64,000 nt of DNA from an uncultured Bacteroidales bacterium (lineage in GTDB: Bacteria; Bacteroidota; Bacteroidia; Bacteroidales; VadinHA17), in NCBI GenBank assembly GCA_963772705.1, contig CAVYYH010000005.1:290428-354427 (forward strand). The letters are read 5' to 3'. Under the pieces are notes generated by a model that was not told the DNA's origin, searched no databases, and saw only the letters and a list, made by a program, of their open reading frames with translations. Positions within the stretch are counted from its first letter, which is position 1, and every line of letters starts with the position of its first letter. The translations under genes were made by a program, and so were the position numbers. Below, piece after piece: positions 39,252 to 47,897 of this stretch.

Positions 39252-41714
39252 ATGTTTGAAAAAATAATCACCCATTCGAATACCCCCGAGAGGCCTGCTT
39301 CAGCCGAGGGTAACTTTTATAATCCTGCCGGAAACAGGATCGGACCCGGAATGAATGAACGGGTTCAGAAGCTCAGGAAGCTCAGCTTTGAGACTGAGCC
39401 TTCACTGTCGATTGAAAGGGCACTTCATGAAACCGAGTTTTACCGGGAGAACTTTGGCAAGTATTCAGTCCCTGTTCTACGGGCGCTGAATTTCCTGGAT
39501 CATTGCCGGAAGAAGACAATTTACATTGGCGAAGGTGAGCTGATAGTTGGTGAGCGGGGTCCGAAACCGAAGTGTGTTCCCACCTTTCCTGAGCTTACCT
39601 GTCACAGTGTGGAGGATTTTCATGTGCTGAACACACGTGACATGCAGCGCTATACCATCAGCCAGGAAGACATTGATCTCTACGAGAAGGAGGTGATACC
39701 CTACTGGGATGGCAAGACACAGCGTGAGCGTATTTTCAGTCACGTCCCGGCCGAATGGAGGGCAGCCTATGAGGCAGGTCTCTTCACCGAGTTCATGGAG
39801 CAGCGTGCACCGGGCCACACAGCTCTTGACGGAAAGATCTATCACAAGGGAATGCTTGATTTCAAGAAGGAGATTGCTGCCAACCTCGCCGCGCTTGATT
39901 ACCTTAATGATCCTGAAGCGACAGACAAGGCTGAGCAATGGAAAGCAATGGATATTTCATGTGACGCCGTCATCGTCTTTGCCGAACGTCATGCAGATCT
40001 TGCAGAGGAGCTGGCGGCCAGTGAGAAAGATCCGGTCAGGGTGGCTGAACTGAAAAAGATAGCTGAGGTGTGCCGCCGGGTACCGGCCAATGCCCCCAGG
40101 AACTTTTGGGAAGCGATACAGATGTACTGGTTTGTGCACCTGGGCACTATCACGGAGCTGAATGGCTGGGATGCAATGAACCCCGGGCACTTCGATCAGC
40201 ACCTGGCGCCATTCTATTACAGGGAGGTGGAGGAAGGCACTCTTACCCGTGATCAGGCAAAAGAGCTGCTATCCTGTTTCTGGATCAAGGTCAACAACCA
40301 CCCTGCCCCTCCGAAAGTGGGCATTACGGCACGCGAGAGCGGTACCTATAACGACTTTACCAATATTAATATCGGGGGTGTAAAAAGCGATGGCAGTGAC
40401 GGCACCAGCGAGGTCTCGTATATTATGCTCGAGGTGACGGAAGAGCTTCACATACTGCAGCCCGGTAACTCTGTTCATATCAGCTCAAAGACACCTGACA
40501 AGTTCCTCCATGCTGCGGCCCGTGTCATAAGGCAGGGGCACGGTTATCCGTCAGTGTTTAATCCTGACATTTATATCCTCGAGATGCTCCGTCAGGGCAA
40601 GTCTCTGCACGATGCACGCGAGGGTGGCTGCAGCGGTTGCATCGAGGTAGGCGCCTTCGGCAAGGAGGCCTATCTCCTTACAGGCTATCTCAACGTTCCG
40701 AAGATACTTGAGGTTACCCTGAACAACGGGATCGATCCTGTCACCGGCAAGGTTGCCGGCATCGCCACAGGTGACCCCCGCACATTCAATACATTCGAAG
40801 AGCTTTATGATGCCTTCCTGAAACAGCTCCATTTTATTGTTGACCAGAAGATGAGAGTCAGCAATTATATTGACCGGATGTTTGCAAAATACGCTCCGGC
40901 GCCTTTCCTCTCTGTGGTGATAGAAGACTGCATATCAAAAGGTAAAGATTACTACGACGGAGGGCCGAGATACAACACCAGTTATATTCAGTGCTGCGGA
41001 CTGGGTACTGTCACCGACAGCTTTGCTGCTCTGAAAAAGCATGTATTTGAAGAAAAGACATTCACCATGGACAGGATGCTGAGAGCAGTGCTCAGTAATT
41101 TTGAAGGTGAGGAGGTGCTGCGGCAGACCATTGTTAACCGTACCCCTTTCTTTGGAAATGACAATGAGTATGCTGACTCGATAGCTGTGAAGATATATGA
41201 TGACCTTGTGGCTGAGATAGACGGTAAGCCTAACATCAAACCCGGCGGCAAATATCATCTGAACATGCTCTCAACCACCTGTCATATTTATTTTGGAAAG
41301 GTGATGGGAGCCACACCTAACGGGCGCCTTGCCGGCAAGTCTGTTTCGGACGGCACCTCCCCATCACACGGTGCTGACACTCACGGCCCTTCAGCAGTAG
41401 TGAAGTCACTGGCCAAACTTGACCATGTCAGGTCAGGGGGAACATTACTGAACCTGCGGTTCCTGCCAAGCCTTATGCGCAAGGATGATGACATCAGGAA
41501 ACTGGGTCAGCTTATCAGGAGTTACTTCACTCTCGGAGGGCATCATGTACAGTTTAATATTGTTGACACTGCCACCCTCCTGGCAGCTCAGGCATCTCCT
41601 GAAGATTACAGGGATCTCATGGTGCGGATGGCAGGTTACAGTGATTATTTCAATGACATGAATGCCGACTTGCAGCAGGAGGTAATAGAACGGACAGAAA
41701 ATGATTCGTTCTAA
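39252..41714 (+). CDS. glycyl radical enzyme, Cys-x-Glu 1,2-eliminase/dehydratase clade, substrate unassigned
   Basis: 820 aa. C-terminal glycyl radical motif VRMAGYS (Gly795, nt 41634-41636). Thiyl loop GGCSGCIEVG with C463 and E465 (nt 40638-40646), without the adjacent CC pair of PflB. The N-terminal region has the ERA...PVLRAL...GELIVGERG pattern shared by the GRE eliminases. An alternative start at M34 (39351) would give 787 aa. Confidence 0.88.
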   Translation: MFEKIITHSNTPERPASAEGNFYNPAGNRIGPGMNERVQKLRKLSFETEPSLSIERALHETEFYRENFGKYSVPVLRALNFLDHCRKKTIYIGEGELIVGERGPKPKCVPTFPELTCHSVEDFHVLNTRDMQRYTISQEDIDLYEKEVIPYWDGKTQRERIFSHVPAEWRAAYEAGLFTEFMEQRAPGHTALDGKIYHKGMLDFKKEIAANLAALDYLNDPEATDKAEQWKAMDISCDAVIVFAERHADLAEELAASEKDPVRVAELKKIAEVCRRVPANAPRNFWEAIQMYWFVHLGTITELNGWDAMNPGHFDQHLAPFYYREVEEGTLTRDQAKELLSCFWIKVNNHPAPPKVGITARESGTYNDFTNINIGGVKSDGSDGTSEVSYIMLEVTEELHILQPGNSVHISSKTPDKFLHAAARVIRQGHGYPSVFNPDIYILEMLRQGKSLHDAREGGCSGCIEVGAFGKEAYLLTGYLNVPKILEVTLNNGIDPVTGKVAGIATGDPRTFNTFEELYDAFLKQLHFIVDQKMRVSNYIDRMFAKYAPAPFLSVVIEDCISKGKDYYDGGPRYNTSYIQCCGLGTVTDSFAALKKHVFEEKTFTMDRMLRAVLSNFEGEEVLRQTIVNRTPFFGNDNEYADSIAVKIYDDLVAEIDGKPNIKPGGKYHLNMLSTTCHIYFGKVMGATPNGRLAGKSVSDGTSPSHGADTHGPSAVVKSLAKLDHVRSGGTLLNLRFLPSLMRKDDDIRKLGQLIRSYFTLGGHHVQFNIVDTATLLAAQASPEDYRDLMVRMAGYSDYFNDMNADLQQEVIERTENDSF

Positions 41715-41759
41715 GGTTCTGCCCGAGAGAGGGCAACACTTAAACGGTGACTCCCGGTA

Positions 41760-42668
41760 ATGTCTGAAAGCCTGATTTTTGATATTAAGCGTTACGCCAT
41801 CAATGATGGACCGGGAATACGGGTGGTTATCTTTTTCAAAGGGTGCAATCTTCACTGTGTCTGGTGTCACAACCCCGAGAGCATATCACCTGATGTGGAG
41901 AAGATGTTCGCCCCGGCCAGATGCATCAGGTGCGGAAGCTGTGTGGAGGTGTGCCCCGAAAAGGCAATTACCCTCACTGCAGAAGGTATTGTGACAGACC
42001 CCGCCCTGTGCAAAGTTCACGGCAGATGTGCTGAAGTGTGTCCTGCCAGGGCTATCGAGATGTCAGGCAGGGTGATGAGCGTTGATGAGATCATGGAGGC
42101 AATAGAAAAAGAGCGGGTATTCTTTGATCATTCAAACGGTGGTGTCACCTTCTCCGGCGGAGAGCCGCTGGTACATCTTCCAATACTTAAGAAACTTCTT
42201 GACGAGTGCGGCAGAAGACATATACACAGGGCTGTGGATACGGCTGGCCATGTCAGCACGGCGGCGCTGCTTGATATAGCAGCCAGGACAGATCTCTTCC
42301 TGTGGGACCTTAAGATGATGGACTCCGACCTCCACCGTAAATGGACCGGTGCGCCGAATGATAAGATCCTTCAGAACCTTACTGCCCTGGCTGAGACCGG
42401 AGCTGAGATAATCATCAGGATACCGCTGATGGGAGGGATCAATGACACTGAGGAAAATATTGAACGCACTGCAAAGTTTGTAGCCGGACTAGCTGGGAAA
42501 AAGAAGGATGTAAATATCCTGCCTTTCCACAAGATTGCGCAGAACAAGTATATGAAGCTAGGCAGATCTGAATCATTCGAGATGTTCGAAGAACCGGGCA
42601 AAGAGACGCTGGAAAGGGTTATTGAACAATTCGCTGAGCATGGAATAAAAGCAACAGTCGGAGGCTAG
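41760..42668 (+). CDS. glycyl radical enzyme activating enzyme (radical SAM, with ferredoxin-like insert)
   Basis: DGPGIRVVIFFKGCNLHCVWCHNPE (CX3CX2C), plus CIRCGSCVEVCP and CKVHGRCAEVCP. 302 aa. Confidence 0.9.
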   Translation: MSESLIFDIKRYAINDGPGIRVVIFFKGCNLHCVWCHNPESISPDVEKMFAPARCIRCGSCVEVCPEKAITLTAEGIVTDPALCKVHGRCAEVCPARAIEMSGRVMSVDEIMEAIEKERVFFDHSNGGVTFSGGEPLVHLPILKKLLDECGRRHIHRAVDTAGHVSTAALLDIAARTDLFLWDLKMMDSDLHRKWTGAPNDKILQNLTALAETGAEIIIRIPLMGGINDTEENIERTAKFVAGLAGKKKDVNILPFHKIAQNKYMKLGRSESFEMFEEPGKETLERVIEQFAEHGIKATVGG

Positions 42669-42724
42669 ACAAATTTTACTTTTTGTACCTTGGGATGCCG
42701 ACACAGTAGAAAACTCACAAACAT

Positions 42725-43621
42725 ATGACCAGACTTAACCTTGCGGGAATCTTCCCCCCTCTGCCAACATCATTTGACGGTGAAGAAAACCTGATGCCTG
42801 AAAAGATCAGGCTCAATATCAGCCGTCTGTCAGCTTATGAGCTCACAGGGTTCCTCATCCTTGGATCAAACGGAGAACAGGTGATGCTCTCAGATAAAGA
42901 GAAATCTGAGGCCGTTGCTGCAGCCAGGGAGGCTTTGCCTCCGGGTAAGGTCTTATTGGCCGGCACCGGAGGACAGTCAACGAGGGAGACGATAAAAATC
43001 ACCAGGGAGGCAGCCGCAGAGGGTGCCGACGGTGTTCTTGTGTTAAACCCCTATTATTTCAAGGGCTCGATGACCCACGAGGCGCTGGTGAAACACTACT
43101 TCAATGTAGCTGACGCCTCGCCCGTACCCGTAATTATTTATAATATGCCCGGAAATACCGGCATTGATATGACTGCTGCCATGGTGATTGAAATGGCATC
43201 CCATCCCAATATTATCGGGATGAAGGAGTCCGGTGGAAGTGTCGTAAAAATGGGGGAGGTGCTGCGAAGTGTGAAGACTGATTTTCAGGTTCTTGCAGGA
43301 GGAGCCGGGTTTCTTCTTCCGGCATTGGCAACAGGTGCTGTGGGAGGCATCCTGGCACTTGCAAATATTGCACCGGGCATCTGTATAGATATTTACAGGT
43401 CATTTTCCAACGGTGATATTGATAATGCCAGGGTGTTGCAGCATAAGGTTATTCCTCTCAACAATGCAGTCACAAGTAAATGGGGTGTTCCTGCCCTGAA
43501 GGCGGCGATGGATCATCTTGGCCTCTACGGCGGCCCTGTGAGAAGACCATTGCTGCCCGTAAGCAATGATGTAAGGGAACAGCTCATAAGCCTCATCAAT
43601 GAAGTTGGCGCAAAAGTATAA
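42725..43621 (+). CDS. DHDPS-fold class I aldolase, HOGA1-like (putative 4-hydroxy-2-oxo-acid aldolase)
   Basis: 298 aa. It carries GSNGE instead of the DapA GTTGE, and the Schiff-base lysine lies in GMKESGG. From memory, the long blocks LLAGTGGQSTRETI, GADGVLVLNPYYF, DFQVLAGGAGFLLPALATGAVGGILALAN and GGPVRRPLLP resemble 4-hydroxy-2-oxoglutarate aldolase. Confidence 0.65.
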   Translation: MTRLNLAGIFPPLPTSFDGEENLMPEKIRLNISRLSAYELTGFLILGSNGEQVMLSDKEKSEAVAAAREALPPGKVLLAGTGGQSTRETIKITREAAAEGADGVLVLNPYYFKGSMTHEALVKHYFNVADASPVPVIIYNMPGNTGIDMTAAMVIEMASHPNIIGMKESGGSVVKMGEVLRSVKTDFQVLAGGAGFLLPALATGAVGGILALANIAPGICIDIYRSFSNGDIDNARVLQHKVIPLNNAVTSKWGVPALKAAMDHLGLYGGPVRRPLLPVSNDVREQLISLINEVGAKV

Positions 43622-43641
43622 GGCATAAAATTGCATTCAGG

Positions 43642-44805
43642 ATGAAAGGAAGAAAGTTATTAATGATACCCGGGCCGATAGAATTTGAGCCTGCGGTAAT
43701 GCAGGCCACTGCGATGGCTACAACCAGCCATGTGGCGCCGGACTTTATAGAGACTTTCGGACACTCTCTTGAGATGATGAGAGATGTTTGGCTATCACCG
43801 TCCGGCCAGCCTTTTATTATTGCCGGCACAGGAACTCTTGCCATGGATATGGCAGGGTCGAACCTGATTGAGCCGGGAGACAGAGCCCTTGTAATATCGA
43901 CAGGTTATTTCGGAGACAGGTATGCCGACCTGCTGAAACGGTACGGTGCCGAGGTTACAGTGCTGAAAGCCGCCACGGGGGACGTGGTTGATACAAAAGA
44001 GGTTGAAAAGGAACTCACCAGTAAGAGCTACAAGCTTTTGACCTTCACTCATGTCGATACCTCCACCGCAGTGCGGGTTGATCCACGGCCTCTGGGGCTG
44101 CTGGGACAGAAGTACGGCGTTCTGACTATCCTTGACGGTGTATGCTCGGTGGCAGGTGAAGAGATAAGACAGGATGAGTGGATGATAGATGTGGTCTTCA
44201 CTGCCTCGCAAAAAGCTGTTGGTGTACCTCCGGGTCTGGCCCTGATGGTTGTTTCGGAACGGGCCGTCAATGCATGGCGCAGCCGTAAAACACCTGTTGG
44301 AAATTATTATTGTGACTGGAACAACTGGCTTCCTGTAATGAAAGCATACGAAGAGCGACGCCCCTCGTACTTCGGCACACCTGCAGTGAATCTGGTCAAC
44401 GGCCTTGAAGTCAGCCTGGGGATTATTCTTAAGGAGGGGATGGAGGCCAGGTTCGGCCGTCACCGGCGTATCGGCAAATCATTCCGTACAGCCATGAGAG
44501 ATCTCGGACTGAAGATGATCCCTGTTTCTGAAGAGATAAGCGCAGGTACACTCTCGGCACCTTATTATCCTGACGGCGTCAAGGGGGCGGAGTTCATGAA
44601 GGCCGTTGCGGCATCGGATGTCATACTGGCCGGCGGCTTGTTACAGGGAATAAAAGAGAGTTATTTCAGGGTAGGACATATGGGCTCGGTCACCGAAGGC
44701 GACATACTGACAACGGTGTCAGCCATAGAACATTGCCTTCAGAAATGCGGACATAATATTGTCAGGGGTACTGGAATCAGGGGCGCTGCAGGAGAACTGC
44801 AGTGA
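43642..44805 (+). CDS. class V aminotransferase, AGXT / serine-pyruvate / PhnW-like
   Basis: N-terminal LLMIPGPIEF. PLP-lysine motif FTASQKAVGVPPGLA. 387 aa. Confidence 0.8.
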   Translation: MKGRKLLMIPGPIEFEPAVMQATAMATTSHVAPDFIETFGHSLEMMRDVWLSPSGQPFIIAGTGTLAMDMAGSNLIEPGDRALVISTGYFGDRYADLLKRYGAEVTVLKAATGDVVDTKEVEKELTSKSYKLLTFTHVDTSTAVRVDPRPLGLLGQKYGVLTILDGVCSVAGEEIRQDEWMIDVVFTASQKAVGVPPGLALMVVSERAVNAWRSRKTPVGNYYCDWNNWLPVMKAYEERRPSYFGTPAVNLVNGLEVSLGIILKEGMEARFGRHRRIGKSFRTAMRDLGLKMIPVSEEISAGTLSAPYYPDGVKGAEFMKAVAASDVILAGGLLQGIKESYFRVGHMGSVTEGDILTTVSAIEHCLQKCGHNIVRGTGIRGAAGELQ

Positions 44806-44810
44806 GTAAC

Positions 44811-45425
44811 TCACCTGTTCGCGATCAGCAGGAAGATGTTAAACTGCTTTGTCATTCCTCCTTCGATAACCTTATTCATCACAAAGCACTCCCTGTGACT
44901 TATATTCATAAACCCCTGTCCTGCTATAGTCTGAGATAATTCGTCAGGATCGAAGCCGTTATGACCTGTAAATCCTTCGCCATGAAACGAACCGTCCTCA
45001 GAATACAGATCTGCGATTGCAAGAAAACCTCCCGGATTTAGCATTCCGTGGAACTTCCTGACAATATTGCCAATATCAATGATGTGATGCAGCACCATCT
45101 GACTGAAGATAAGATCAACCTTAGGCCCTGTATAATCATCATTTTCGAGATCAAACTTAAGTGCTTTGATGTTTTCCACCTTTGCCGCCCTGATCTTTTC
45201 GTTCGTCACATCCAGCATTCCCGTTGAATTGTCCATCAGGATTATCTCCCTGAGATAGTCCTTCAGCAGGAAGCTTGTTATTCCCGTTCCGGCACCGTAT
45301 TCCATTGCTGTCATATCCTTCCTGATGGGAACATTACTGAGGAGTGCATCAGCGATAGCTTTTGAGCGTTCCCGGTTCATAGGATTATTATCCCAGGAGG
45401 CTGCCTTAATATCAAATGAACTCAT
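44811..45425 (-). CDS. class I SAM-dependent methyltransferase
   Basis: Motif I MEYGAGTGITS, and post-I/II blocks DLIFSQMVLHHI and LNPGGFLAIADL. It is convergent with the operon, its stop 5 nt from the aminotransferase stop. Confidence 0.75.
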   Translation of the reverse strand: MSSFDIKAASWDNNPMNRERSKAIADALLSNVPIRKDMTAMEYGAGTGITSFLLKDYLREIILMDNSTGMLDVTNEKIRAAKVENIKALKFDLENDDYTGPKVDLIFSQMVLHHIIDIGNIVRKFHGMLNPGGFLAIADLYSEDGSFHGEGFTGHNGFDPDELSQTIAGQGFMNISHRECFVMNKVIEGGMTKQFNIFLLIANR

Positions 45426-45552
45426 TGACTCTTTTTTTAACGATGGGCAAATATACTATATGATTGCCTTGTTTTCGCCGGTATGATTTTTAACCCTTAT
45501 GTCAGGCCGGTATATGAATGACAAAATTAACTTTGATACGCTTTATTAATCT

Positions 45553-45560
45553 TAAATTTG
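45553..45560 (+). promoter_or_regulatory. -7 box TAAATTTG for the OsmC-family gene (another TAACTTTG at 45528-45535)
   Basis: TAnnTTTG motif 28 nt upstream of ATG 45588. Confidence 0.5.
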
Positions 45561-45587
45561 CATTTCTAAAATGATATTATAACACAC

Positions 45588-46010
45588 ATGGGAAAAGAGA
45601 TCGTAACAACCAAATGGCTTGATAATATGGCGTTTGAGTCAGAAGTCAACGGCCATAAGATAGTGATTGATGCTGTTCCGGAGGTTGGCGGTGAGAACCG
45701 GGGGCCCAGACCCAAGCCTTTCATGCTGATGGCACTGGGGGGATGTACGGGCATGGACGTCATTTCAATGCTTAAGAAGATGAAAGTTGATGTTAAAAAG
45801 TTCAGTGTCACGGTTGAAGGCGACTTAACCGAAGAACATCCGAAGCATTTTTACAGGATGCATGTGATCTATGAGTTTACCGGAACAAACCTTCCGCTGG
45901 AAAAGCTTCAGAAGGCCGTTTCACTCTCAGATGAGCGGTACTGCGGAGTCAGTGCGGTATATAAGAAGGCATTGCAGATGACAAGTGAGATAAGGATAAT
46001 TGAGGCATAA
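45588..46010 (+). CDS. OsmC family protein
   Basis: 140 aa. The two conserved Cys contexts are present: LGGCTGMD and ERYCGVS. Confidence 0.8.
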   Translation: MGKEIVTTKWLDNMAFESEVNGHKIVIDAVPEVGGENRGPRPKPFMLMALGGCTGMDVISMLKKMKVDVKKFSVTVEGDLTEEHPKHFYRMHVIYEFTGTNLPLEKLQKAVSLSDERYCGVSAVYKKALQMTSEIRIIEA

Positions 46011-46062
46011 AAAGTGCGAATGCCGGTGTTCCTGATGGCCGCAAAGACAACTACCCTGATAC

Positions 46063-47829
46063 ATGGCCGATAAAGAAAAGAAAAAGGCAGGTTCCGGATT
46101 ACGTGAGCTGTTCAAGCTGTACAGCTTTCTGAGGCCGTACCGCTGGAGGTTTGCCCTGGGTCTCTCCTTCCTGCTGGTATCAACAGCCGCAAGCCTGATG
46201 TTCCCGAAGCTCCTCGGTGACATGGTTGACATGGGCAACAGTGGCAGGATACTGGAGGAGATAAACAGGACAGGTCTGACGCTGATGGCTATTCTTATAG
46301 TACAGGCGCTCTTTGCCTATATGCGGACAAGGATCTTTGTGTCAGTGACAGAGAGAACCCTGGCATCTATCCGACAGTCGCTCTACAACCATCTTATCAG
46401 GCTGCCCATGTCATTCTTCTCCGAGCGCAGGGTAGGAGAACTCAACAGCCGTATCTCATCTGACATTGCACTGCTTCAGGATTCCCTTACCGGAACGCTG
46501 GCAGACCTCCTCTCTCAGCTTCTGATAATCACCGGCGGGGTCACCCTGATGATGGTCAGCTCTTTCAAGCTGACTCTGTTTATGCTTGCAATTATACCGG
46601 CCATGTCTCTGATGGCATTCTTTTCAGGGAGGGCCATAAGACGTTATTCGCGAAAAGCCCAGTCATTCGTTGCTGAGTCAAACACAATAGTTGAGGAGAC
46701 GCTGCAGGGAATACAGAATGTCAAAGCCTTTACGAATGAGGCTTTTGAGAGCAGGAGGTACCGCGAAAAGACAGAGCAGGTTGCCAGGGCAGGCATCAGG
46801 GGAGGAAAATACCAGGCGTCGGTTAGTTTCATTGTGCTGGGTTTTTTTGTTGCCATGGGTGCGGTTATATGGCGAGGTGCAGCCATGATTGCCAGCGGCC
46901 AGATGGAAGCCGGTCAACTCTTTTCTTTTGTCATTTATTCCGGATTCATCGGGGGGAATATTGCGGGCATGGCCGGGGTTTATACACGGCTGCAGAAGAC
47001 AATTGGTGCGGCGGAGAACCTGCTTCTCCTGCTCGACGAGCCGGCGGAAAGTGTCAGTGAGAGATATGTGCCTGACAGTGAGCATACTCTCCACGGGCAG
47101 ATAACCTTCGACAGTGTTGAATTCAGGTATCCCTCGCGCAGTGAGGTCACTGTCCTTAAGGAAGTAAGCTTCCGGGTAGAGCCGGGACAGCAGGTAGCTC
47201 TAGTAGGACCCAGCGGGGCAGGGAAATCAACTGTCACATCATTGCTGCTGAAGTTTTACGAGCCTACCGGTGGCAGGATACTGTTTGACGGACGCAACAG
47301 CCTTGATTTCCCGGTCACGGAGCTGCGTGCCCAGATGGCAATTGTGATGCAGGATGTATTCCTTTTCGGGGGTACTATCCGTGAGAATATTGCCTATGGC
47401 AAGCCTGACGCAGGTGAGGAGGAGATAATTGATGCAGCTGTGCAGGCCAACGCCTGGGACTTCATTCAGTCATTCCCCGAAGGGCTGAGCACTGTTGTCG
47501 GTGAGCGCGGGGTGCAACTGTCAGGAGGACAGCGTCAGCGGATCGCCATCGCACGTGCGGTACTGAAAAACCCGAAGATTCTCATCCTTGATGAAGCCAC
47601 CTCTTCACTTGACTCTGAATCGGAGAGGCTTGTTCAGGAGGCGCTGGAAAAGCTTATGCGTAACCGCACTTCACTGGTCATCGCCCACCGTCTGGCTACG
47701 GTGCGCAATTCAGACAAGATCATTGTACTTAATGAGGGGACGATTGTTGAGGAGGGAACCCATTCTGAGCTTATGGCAAACGGAAACGGCCTTTACAGGT
47801 CGCTCACAAAGCTGCAGTTCACCACATAA
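46063..47829 (+). CDS. ABC transporter, fused permease/ATPase (MsbA-like exporter)
   Basis: 588 aa. Six-helix TMD, Walker A GPSGAGKST, signature LSGGQRQR, Walker B ILILDEATS. Confidence 0.9.
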   Translation: MADKEKKKAGSGLRELFKLYSFLRPYRWRFALGLSFLLVSTAASLMFPKLLGDMVDMGNSGRILEEINRTGLTLMAILIVQALFAYMRTRIFVSVTERTLASIRQSLYNHLIRLPMSFFSERRVGELNSRISSDIALLQDSLTGTLADLLSQLLIITGGVTLMMVSSFKLTLFMLAIIPAMSLMAFFSGRAIRRYSRKAQSFVAESNTIVEETLQGIQNVKAFTNEAFESRRYREKTEQVARAGIRGGKYQASVSFIVLGFFVAMGAVIWRGAAMIASGQMEAGQLFSFVIYSGFIGGNIAGMAGVYTRLQKTIGAAENLLLLLDEPAESVSERYVPDSEHTLHGQITFDSVEFRYPSRSEVTVLKEVSFRVEPGQQVALVGPSGAGKSTVTSLLLKFYEPTGGRILFDGRNSLDFPVTELRAQMAIVMQDVFLFGGTIRENIAYGKPDAGEEEIIDAAVQANAWDFIQSFPEGLSTVVGERGVQLSGGQRQRIAIARAVLKNPKILILDEATSSLDSESERLVQEALEKLMRNRTSLVIAHRLATVRNSDKIIVLNEGTIVEEGTHSELMANGNGLYRSLTKLQFTT

Positions 47830-47870
47830 AAGGGAAATGCTTTAATACAGATAAACACAAATCTAAATAT

Positions 47871-47878
47871 TAACTTTG
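47871..47878 (+). promoter_or_regulatory. -7 box TAACTTTG
   Basis: TAnnTTTG motif 20 nt upstream of ATG 47898. Confidence 0.5.
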
Positions 47879-47897
47879 CAGACTTAAGAAGGTAATT

